A DNA stretch of 64,000 nt from a virus (lineage: Duplodnaviria > Caudoviricetes), in the IMG/VR virus record IMGVR_UViG_3300021197_001468, positions 676 to 64,675 of that record. One strand, written 5' to 3'. The notes under the pieces are model-generated. The model ran no database searches. It was not told where the DNA came from and was given only the letters and a program-made list of their open reading frames with translations. The position numbers were made by a program, and so were the translations under genes. Position 1 is the stretch's first letter. Each line of letters opens with the position of its first letter. This document shows, in pieces, positions 56,234 to 64,000 of this stretch.

Positions 56234-59200
56234 TTATCGCGAGCTGGGGCGAACGGTTTCCATCTTCTCACGGGGCTCGTCGGACCTGCGTGCCTGAGCC
56301 CGCGTGATCTCTCCCGTCTGCACTCCCAGAATGGTCTGGGCCCAGATGACCATGCCCATGCGCGTCGTCGGGTAGGGGATCTCTACGACGGAGCCGTCGT
56401 CCCGCTCGATTGAGAAAGACTGGCCTGCGACCCCGGCCCGCTCGAGCGGAGTCCTCGTCATGGGCAGCTCTGACAGCATCATGCGGTTGAGCTCGTTCAG
56501 CCCCGTAGCAACGAACAGCGCCTGGTAGACGCCGGGGAACATGTAGTACCGAGTCTCGGTGAGGTTCCTCTGCGTACGAATCGGAAGGGGCATCGGCGAC
56601 GGGATCTCATCAGAGAGCTCGTAGCGCATAGCGGAACTCTCTCCCTTCATGCCCAGCAGCCGCAAGTAGTCTCCGCGGGTGCGGATTCCCGGGTTGCCGT
56701 TCTTGTACTTCACCCACATGCCATCCGCGTACTTCTTCGCGCGAGCCTCACTCATGCCGTCCCTTCGACCCAGGCGGTAGCTGACTCGATGGAAGTCGTC
56801 CAAGATGTCGAAGTCGTCGCTCTTCCCAATCGCGTTGGGGTAGAAGATCGCCATCTGCACATCTTCTGAGTTCTTCAGCTTTCCCTTGTACGGCGAGAAG
56901 TACTTGTAGACGTAGTCCATCTGGTCTTCTGGGGTCATCGCCAGGAGTGCTTCGTTCGTTGTGCCCAGCGTGTCTCGCGCAGTCTTGTCCATGAACTGGA
57001 TGAGACCCCGTGCAGATGACTTGCTGTTGGCGGCTTGATGATCGAACCGGCTCTCTGCCCGGATGGCATTTGCGAGATGCATCGGATCCATCTCAAGAGC
57101 CAGGGCGACGTCCGTGATCTTCTGCGCCAGCGTCGGGGTCAGCTTCGGGTACCTCGGGCCGTACTTGGACATAATCATGTCACGAGCGGCAGCGCCGTCA
57201 GTTCCGGCTTCGTCGAGCAGAGGCTTGTAAACCTCGATGTCGCCGAGCTCATTCATTTCGAGAAGCTGGTTGGCCTGGTCGACAGACATCACGCCGTCAG
57301 CCACGGCTTGATTGAGGTCGCTCTTCGCCGGGATCTTGATCAAGTCGAAGTCTGCGCGAGATGACTCGATGAACTTACCCAGGCGAGGCGATACTCGAAT
57401 CGGAGTACCTGTCACGTCGCTCATAACCAAGGGGAAGAAGAACTGATTCAGGATCGGAGCGCGCTCGATCTCTGCGATGTTGCGCACATTCTCCATCGCG
57501 ACTTTCCCGTACGGGTAGCCCGCGCCCGCGTCAGGGCCCAGGTCAAGCCCCAGGGGCTCTGTGGCGATGCCCGCAGTCGACTGAGCCATGTCCAGGCCCG
57601 CGTTCATCATCAGCAGAATCAGACCTGCCCGAGCGGCGAGCTGACGCATGGCGCTCTCGACGGAGGACTCAGGAAGGTAGACCTCCTTGTAGGCGCGGTC
57701 GGGTGTGATCTGCGAAGACAGGCGGTAGAGGAGCTTCGCCTCTGGGGTGGGGACCAGCGGCACCGCAATCCCCAGGCGGTCCCGCATGAAAGTGCGGCGC
57801 GCTGAGGGGTCGGGCGCACGCACCGTGGACTGTGCGACGCGCTTGAGGAAGTCGCTCTTCTCGGCTGCTGCGAGGAACTGAGACGGACGGACGTACTCCT
57901 CGGCCCCGTAGGTCGAAGAGCCGAAACCTCCGTACGCCTGGCCTTCGATGATGGCCGAGCCGCCACGAGCCATACCGCTGAGCATGGCGCGCAAGTACTT
58001 ACGCTCCTGCGCGGGTATCCGGCCAGTACCGTCACGACCTGCGTAGCCGTACTCGAGGAACTCCCGCAGGTCAGCAGGCATCTCCTCCAGCGGAACCCAG
58101 TCCTTACGCTCCTTGCCCGCGTTGTACTGAGCGAGCAAGAACTCGTAAGACGACGGCTTCATCTCCTCGATGGGCCCCATACCCACCAGGATCTGCATCT
58201 TGAACGTGGCGTAGTTCTGGCGATCTTCCTCGCTCAGCGAGCTCTCGGATACACCGAACTCGTCGACCATGCACTCGTACAGCAGGTACGTTGCGGCGTC
58301 TGCTGTCCGCGCCTGCCCACGCCTAAGCACGCCCATCCGATATGCCCCGGCGGGCGAAAACAGGTTGTTCATGAACTGGCGGTTGGCGTTCTTCTGGAAA
58401 GCCCAGAAGGGGAAGAGGACGTTGACCCACCACTGCCGGTCGTTGTCAGCCATCGAGCCTGCGTAGTCGTACAACGCCCGCACCGAACTGCGGGCTGCCG
58501 TACGTGGGTCAGCGCCAAGCTCGATCAGCGTGACCATCGCCCCGACCCGCTCACGCTCGGACCAGGCTTCTGCCGTGTCAGTGAGGTGGTTGCGCCACCA
58601 CTCCATGCCGTTCGCGATGCCCACACCGCCACGGTCTCCCAGCATCTGCGCCTGGTCCTTCTGAGCCTCCTTCAGCGTCTTACCCAGCTGAGACACGTCG
58701 AACGAGGCGAAGATTCCTTCCTCCACAGCAATCTGCCGAAGCTGCTTGGCATCGTAGAGGTTGCCGCCCAGGTTCATCACCCCGTCGCGCCCGTCCAGGA
58801 TGTCGTTGACTTCGACGCGCCACTTCGAGTTGGAGACCAGACGGCTGACGATGTTGGCTGCCTTGTCGCCGCCGCGCTGGATGACGCGCCGGAACTTCTC
58901 GGGAGCCTGGGGGTCGCGGACAGCCGCTGCGGCGAGCACAACGCTCATCCCGGGCAATGTGGCGAAGTCATTCGCGATGACGCGCATCGTGGACGCGGTT
59001 GCAGCGCGGAACCCGATCTCCATACCCAACTGGTTGAAGTGGTCATAGGTGTTCATGAAGAAGTAGCGCTGCTTGATGAGATACGCGCCACGGACCATCG
59101 AGATCTTCAAGAAGCGGTTGTACACATCCCAAAGGGAGCCGAAGTACCTGAAGTCCTCGGAGTCCATCCGCTTGACCAGACCACGCGAGAGCGCGTTCGA

Positions 59201-62200
59201 CAAGCGATCTCGGGCTGCCTTCGGGACGAAGAAGTCCGGAGCGAGCACTGAGTCCTTGAAGAACTCAGGGTTCATCCCAAACGTGCGCGCGATGTTCTCG
59301 ACCTTCGGAACCATCTCGGGGGCGATTGTCATGCCCCGAGACCACTGCTCGAACGCGTTCATCGTGTCCGCGTCGATGTACATTCCGTAGTTCGCCCAGT
59401 CCTGACGAACCCGAGACGCTGTCCCATTCGCACCGATAATCACCGCAGCCCGAGCCATGGCGCTCTCGCGAGAGTGAGCCCCGAACTTCTTCTTCGCCTG
59501 GCTCTGCTGTGCCGCGCCGAGGATCTCCTCCAAGAAGTCCCGCACGCCCTGCTCAGACGAAGACGCAGCTTGCTTGTAAACAGCACCGCCTCCCGCAGAA
59601 GTCCCGGACTTACGCCCGATCACTCCTGTGTGGTACAGGAATGCCTCGAACGCCTGATAGCCCACCGGGCTGAGGACCTCGGCTTCTCCAGGAGCCACCA
59701 TCGTCGTGGTGTAGTCCTTGAACACTTCCATGCTGCTGCTCTTGCCCGAGCGGAACAGCTTGTTGACAGCCGCCACGGCGCGGTTGAAAGAGGGAGTCGC
59801 CAGCTTGCCCTGCGACACGGTAGCGCCGCCCCCGGCGGCCACGGTCACCCCATTCCTCTCCCGCACGCCTACGGCGTTCCCGAAAGTCTGCAACGCACTC
59901 TTCTCCGCAGGAGTGAGGACGTTGTCGACATAGGTAGCAATCTCCCTTCGGAGGTCGCCGAACTTGTCGGTTCCGCTGGTCAAAGCAGGGCGACCGCCTC
60001 GACGGAACGAGGCCAAGCCTCCCGACAAGTATACCACAAGCTGGTCGAGTGCGTCGGCGCGCTGAGCGTCTTTTTTCGCCGAAACATACTCGGTGGTCAG
60101 TCGCACAGAGTCGCCGACTGCCTGCTCTACCCGACGCACTCCCCCCAGCATCTTCTCCCGAATGACAGGAGACACGTTCGCCAGGTCTACGAACTCGTCT
60201 GCCCCGAGCATAGTCTTGCCCGCGATCTCCACCAAGGGGCGCGCCTTGTCCATGAAACGGGCAGCGCGAATGTCTCCGCGACTGATGAGCTCCTGCGCAG
60301 TCTCCTCACCGAAAACCTTGACCAGCTGAGCTCTCTGGTTCGCCATCTCGACGGCACTTTCGCGGCTCGTCCGGGTGAAGTCGTAGAAGGACTCCGTGAA
60401 CGTGGGCGCGCGCTTCCGGTCCTGCAGCAGGCGAGTACGGAAAGGCTCTGCCATCAGCATCGACTGGACTGAGTCACCGGACTCGTCGTATGTCTGCTGC
60501 ATCTCACGAAGGCGTTCAGCCGTGTAGGTGTAGGAGTTGCCGTCCTTGACCTGGTCGGGGAACAGCTGGGGGAAGATCGGCTTGCTCGTCTCAAGAACGA
60601 CGGTACCGCCGCGAGTGCGCTTCCCGCCTTCGGGCAGCCGACGCATCAGCTCAGCCAGATCGACGTCGGTCCCAACCCGGCTTGCTTCGTCGACAACGCG
60701 CTCCAGGAAGGGCTTGCCAGGCCGTGCGATCTTTGATACACTGGAACCACGAAGAGCCTTGATCTTCTTCTGAAGAAGCCCAAGCACAGTGGGAAGTGGG
60801 TCACCGTCTGCGGGCAAGTCCTTCAGGAGCGGGGTGAACACCTGAGCGATGTCGTCGGCGACGTCCGCTCCAAGCGTCCGGGCCACCCGGAACGCCTGCG
60901 TGTAGTCGTCGCGCATTGCCTGGAACACCGGCTTCAGCCCGTCTGCGTCGGCTGCCAGTTCGTTGTTCTTGATGAACGTACCCAGGATGTCGCTCAGGAC
61001 CTCGTCGGCCAGACGGAGGTTCTCAGGTGTTCCAGTCAGCACGCTTCCGCTGCGGCCCACGTCGATGCCTCGTCCGCGGATGATGACTGCGATGCCTTCG
61101 ACTGTATCGGCGGGCAGGTCCCTGATGAGAATGCGCGCAGTCGCTCCAACGAGCGTCTCCAGCTCCTCTCCCTCGAAGCCCTTGAGCAGGGCGCGGCTGT
61201 CCTCGGCGAAGCGCAGCACGGGGTCGGCGGGGGCGCTCGGAGTCGGCGCGCTGGGAGGCGCGGCGCTGAGCAGGATGTCCCCGCTGTCCCGCGGCGAGGA
61301 GCGGTAGCTGAACAGGGTGCGGTCGTCTCCGGCTCTACGCGTAAAGCGGACCTTCTCGGCGCTGGGGTCCAGCGACATCACTACTGTCTGAGAGGGGAAC
61401 ATCGCGCGATCGATACCGCTTAGCGCACCTCCCTTGCTCGCATAGTCGTTGACGTTGTTCAAGATGACAGCGTCGTGCCCGAGGTCTCGGCCCACCCGAG
61501 CCACGTCGTCAGTGAACGTCAACGGGGCGGTGAGCTGAGTGAACTGCTCGTCCGTCAGCGGCTGATACCGAGATGATGCGTCGGCTCTTTCAGGCAGAGG
61601 AATCGAGCGCCCCTGGTCAAAACCGCGGACAACCTCACCATCTCCCACACCGGAAACCAGATTACCCACGCGCGTCAGCCGGGCCATTCTCTGGCTCGTG
61701 TCACTGCCTTGTGTGTAGTCTTCTCCACGTCCAAGCGGAAAATACTGACCGTAGCGCGGAGGAGGTGCACCCAGAAACATCTCCTCGAGAGCTTTTGTCG
61801 CCTTTTCTTCCGCAGCGCTCTTGAGGTTGAACAGCTCTGCGCGAGAGCGGAGCGTCGGAGGACTGGGGAAATCTGGGTACTTGGTCTCGTACCAAATCAC
61901 AGCGTCGAGCTCATCGGTGAGCCTCCGCGTCTCCTCCAGCGCGGCACGAGCACGAATCACCTGGGGCGATGAGAGATTGATTGTGCTTGCAGCCGTCAAA
62001 GGTATCTTCGTGTAGTCCCCGCCCAGAGCGTCGATTACGAGAGGATTGTCCGACTTGGTAAACGCAGTGACGACACCCTCCGCATCAGCGTCTCCGCGTC
62101 CCACGTAAGTCGAGGCAAGGTCCGCTGCTCCGCTGAAAAGGGTTCCTTCCGAAGACTTCAGTTTGCCGGGGTCGACCCCTTCGCGTAGCAGTGATTCGAC

Positions 62201-64000
62201 ATCTGGCGTGTAGTGCGCCGTCTGAATCACAACGGGCTCACCTGTCCGCACAGCCAAAGACCCCCCGCGATCTTCGACTTTCGCAATCGCTTTGTCTCCT
62301 GCCCATGCGAGAATCTGCTCGTCAACGTCACCGGCGACAGAAGCCGGGTCGGCCATAGCGGTCGTCCCTTCGAGGGGGCGGTAGGACATCAGCGTCGTTC
62401 CGCCGTCTTCTCCCGTCTTGACGAAGCCGCTGGCTTCCAGATGGTTCACGAGTCGCGGGTTGACGACCTCAACATTCATGGTCGCGCTGGGGCTCGCCTC
62501 CAGAATCTCTGTGTCGAACCTCAGCAGCGCGTCGTCGATCAACTCGGTGCCCAAACCGTTGCCGCGGTAGGCGGGGTCGATCACCACGTCGAACGAGTAG
62601 TTGTCCCCAACGAGCGAATCGAACAGAACGCCCGCGATATCGCCGTCTTCGTCGACGAGAACAGTGTTGACATCCTTGTCGCTCAGAATGTTTACGCCGT
62701 TGGTTTTAGCGAACGCAAAGGGGTCGGGAACTACGGCGAGCTCATCGAGCTCATCCAGGCTCAAGCGAGACAGATTCAGGTTGTTGGTCGGGACGTCGAG
62801 AGCCGCCCGCCCGGTAGCCGTGCGCCTGATTGAGGCACTGCGAGAAGCCAGACTGAGGAACTCGTCGCTCGCGTCAATGACTTCCTCGAACGCGGTGCGT
62901 TCGCCCGGTGACACCGGCTTACCCTTGTTGAACAGCCGCGCGATGAGGTCGACGAACTCGGTGAAGACAGAGCCCTTCGTAGACTGCGACATCGGAGGAA
63001 GAGTCTTGAGGTAGTTCGTGACGATGCCATTGCTCATCGCGTGCGAAATGATCTCGGTAGCTTTCGAGTAGTCGCTACCCGTAGGTCCGAGCACCGCCGT
63101 CTTACTGATGTAGTTGTACGTGCCGTTGAGAAAAGCCACATCATCCGCTGTGCGTGACGCCTCCGGGATCTTTTCGATCTGACTTTTCCGCTTATTTGCT
63201 GCGTCCATCACGTAATCAGCCAGCGAGATCAGACGGTCCCGCGACTTACGCAGAGGACTCCCCTTCGGCGCGTACTCTGCGGCGCGCAGCGCAGGCGTCG
63301 TCGCTGCGTGGAGAAGCTCATGAGTCAAGGTAGTCTCGGTCATTCCTCCATGCATTCTCAGCCCGATGACCCGCTCCCTGGGATTCATGTAGCCCAGCGC
63401 GTTCTTCCTTCTGAAGTCGGCGTTGTACCCACGCTTCGTCCGGTTGATCTTTCCGTAGATCCGCAGATCGAAGTTGGTCCCCTGAAGAATCGGAGCAATC
63501 TTCTGATTGATCGTCCGCGTTACTGCCGAGCTGCCGTGTTGAGTCAGCCAGCTGCTGATCTCGAACCCCGCATCCGGCGTCCCCGCCTTCTTCCCGAATG
63601 ACCCAAACTGAACCAGGTGTTCGAGAAGCTCCTGCGGAGTTCGGGTTTCGTCATCAAACTGCTTGCTTCTGCTGGGAGGCGTATTCGGTGCAGAGATCTT
63701 CGCCTTCTTCATCGCAGCCTTCGACGGAGCCTTCGGCTTGAAGTACTTCGGAGGCTGAAGCCCGGCGGGCACAGGAATCGTGATCGGCCCCGCAGGAGGC
63801 GCAGGCGGGGGCGCAGGCGGTGCCGGGGGAGGTGTTGGTCCCGTGGCCGGACCTGGAGGAGGAGTTGGTCCTGTAGGTCCTGGTGTCGGTCCTACAGGCG
63901 GAGGGGTCGGCCCTGTCGCGGGGCCCGTAGTCGGTCCCGGAGGCGGTGTGGTTGGGCCAGCGACGGGGCCCGTGGTCGGTCCTGAGACAGGTCCTGCGGG
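56234..64000 (-). CDS. giant polyvalent virion protein (zincin peptidase, GNAT, ART-like, lytic transglycosylase), 5' end beyond the window
   Basis: THELLH; VIDPAYRGNGLG; GHDAVILNNVND; AESRF..ARGLIQFM; frame open to base 64000 through a Pro/Gly/Thr linker. Confidence 0.8.
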   Translation of the reverse strand, partial: PAGPVSGPTTGPVAGPTTPPPGPTTGPATGPTPPPVGPTPGPTGPTPPPGPATGPTPPPAPPAPPPAPPAGPITIPVPAGLQPPKYFKPKAPSKAAMKKAKISAPNTPPSRSKQFDDETRTPQELLEHLVQFGSFGKKAGTPDAGFEISSWLTQHGSSAVTRTINQKIAPILQGTNFDLRIYGKINRTKRGYNADFRRKNALGYMNPRERVIGLRMHGGMTETTLTHELLHAATTPALRAAEYAPKGSPLRKSRDRLISLADYVMDAANKRKSQIEKIPEASRTADDVAFLNGTYNYISKTAVLGPTGSDYSKATEIISHAMSNGIVTNYLKTLPPMSQSTKGSVFTEFVDLIARLFNKGKPVSPGERTAFEEVIDASDEFLSLASRSASIRRTATGRAALDVPTNNLNLSRLSLDELDELAVVPDPFAFAKTNGVNILSDKDVNTVLVDEDGDIAGVLFDSLVGDNYSFDVVIDPAYRGNGLGTELIDDALLRFDTEILEASPSATMNVEVVNPRLVNHLEASGFVKTGEDGGTTLMSYRPLEGTTAMADPASVAGDVDEQILAWAGDKAIAKVEDRGGSLAVRTGEPVVIQTAHYTPDVESLLREGVDPGKLKSSEGTLFSGAADLASTYVGRGDADAEGVVTAFTKSDNPLVIDALGGDYTKIPLTAASTINLSSPQVIRARAALEETRRLTDELDAVIWYETKYPDFPSPPTLRSRAELFNLKSAAEEKATKALEEMFLGAPPPRYGQYFPLGRGEDYTQGSDTSQRMARLTRVGNLVSGVGDGEVVRGFDQGRSIPLPERADASSRYQPLTDEQFTQLTAPLTFTDDVARVGRDLGHDAVILNNVNDYASKGGALSGIDRAMFPSQTVVMSLDPSAEKVRFTRRAGDDRTLFSYRSSPRDSGDILLSAAPPSAPTPSAPADPVLRFAEDSRALLKGFEGEELETLVGATARILIRDLPADTVEGIAVIIRGRGIDVGRSGSVLTGTPENLRLADEVLSDILGTFIKNNELAADADGLKPVFQAMRDDYTQAFRVARTLGADVADDIAQVFTPLLKDLPADGDPLPTVLGLLQKKIKALRGSSVSKIARPGKPFLERVVDEASRVGTDVDLAELMRRLPEGGKRTRGGTVVLETSKPIFPQLFPDQVKDGNSYTYTAERLREMQQTYDESGDSVQSMLMAEPFRTRLLQDRKRAPTFTESFYDFTRTSRESAVEMANQRAQLVKVFGEETAQELISRGDIRAARFMDKARPLVEIAGKTMLGADEFVDLANVSPVIREKMLGGVRRVEQAVGDSVRLTTEYVSAKKDAQRADALDQLVVYLSGGLASFRRGGRPALTSGTDKFGDLRREIATYVDNVLTPAEKSALQTFGNAVGVRERNGVTVAAGGGATVSQGKLATPSFNRAVAAVNKLFRSGKSSSMEVFKDYTTTMVAPGEAEVLSPVGYQAFEAFLYHTGVIGRKSGTSAGGGAVYKQAASSSEQGVRDFLEEILGAAQQSQAKKKFGAHSRESAMARAAVIIGANGTASRVRQDWANYGMYIDADTMNAFEQWSRGMTIAPEMVPKVENIARTFGMNPEFFKDSVLAPDFFVPKAARDRLSNALSRGLVKRMDSEDFRYFGSLWDVYNRFLKISMVRGAYLIKQRYFFMNTYDHFNQLGMEIGFRAATASTMRVIANDFATLPGMSVVLAAAAVRDPQAPEKFRRVIQRGGDKAANIVSRLVSNSKWRVEVNDILDGRDGVMNLGGNLYDAKQLRQIAVEEGIFASFDVSQLGKTLKEAQKDQAQMLGDRGGVGIANGMEWWRNHLTDTAEAWSERERVGAMVTLIELGADPRTAARSSVRALYDYAGSMADNDRQWWVNVLFPFWAFQKNANRQFMNNLFSPAGAYRMGVLRRGQARTADAATYLLYECMVDEFGVSESSLSEEDRQNYATFKMQILVGMGPIEEMKPSSYEFLLAQYNAGKERKDWVPLEEMPADLREFLEYGYAGRDGTGRIPAQERKYLRAMLSGMARGGSAIIEGQAYGGFGSSTYGAEEYVRPSQFLAAAEKSDFLKRVAQSTVRAPDPSARRTFMRDRLGIAVPLVPTPEAKLLYRLSSQITPDRAYKEVYLPESSVESAMRQLAARAGLILLMMNAGLDMAQSTAGIATEPLGLDLGPDAGAGYPYGKVAMENVRNIAEIERAPILNQFFFPLVMSDVTGTPIRVSPRLGKFIESSRADFDLIKIPAKSDLNQAVADGVMSVDQANQLLEMNELGDIEVYKPLLDEAGTDGAAARDMIMSKYGPRYPKLTPTLAQKITDVALALEMDPMHLANAIRAESRFDHQAANSKSSARGLIQFMDKTARDTLGTTNEALLAMTPEDQMDYVYKYFSPYKGKLKNSEDVQMAIFYPNAIGKSDDFDILDDFHRVSYRLGRRDGMSEARAKKYADGMWVKYKNGNPGIRTRGDYLRLLGMKGESSAMRYELSDEIPSPMPLPIRTQRNLTETRYYMFPGVYQALFVATGLNELNRMMLSELPMTRTPLERAGVAGQSFSIERDDGSVVEIPYPTTRMGMVIWAQTILGVQTGEITRAQARRSDEPREKMETVRPSSR

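Noticed and set aside
1-64000. tRNA/rRNA genes, integrase, reverse transcriptase/DGR, intein or intron, stop-codon recoding
   Set aside because: None recognised by eye; core genes are intact in the standard code
63780-64000. GC-rich repetitive end as a DNA repeat element
   Set aside because: Explained as a Pro/Gly/Thr-coding linker with varied third codon positions

Overview
This is a GC-rich, podovirus-like dsDNA phage, probably most of one genome. The minus strand at 1-16961 and 55461-64000 carries virion genes: major capsid, tail adaptor/nozzle, ejection proteins, small basic proteins and a giant polyvalent protein that runs off the window. The plus strand carries TerL/portal/scaffold (17007-24789), a hypervariable early region (26.2-36.5 kb), a replication module (SNF2-like helicase, PD-(D/E)xK nuclease, Sak4-like ATPase, SSB, N6-adenine methylase, UDG-fused family A polymerase, Rad50-like ATPase, Ogr-like Zn finger, DUF927 helicase), and RBP-like and lysis genes. 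The best candidate for a new system is an intergenic small RNA at ~31598-31710, downstream of its own sigma70-type promoter. It displays two pyrimidine-rich hairpin loops that are complementary to two families of purine-rich leaders lying just before the start codons of about 15 early and replication genes. Also notable are cassette-like hairpin/leader repeats between early genes, an iteron-type origin, polar GTAGCAGTCC repeat clusters, a Pol A with His at the steric-gate position, and an EF-hand loop inside the endolysin. All protein calls come from motif recognition by eye; no searches were run.
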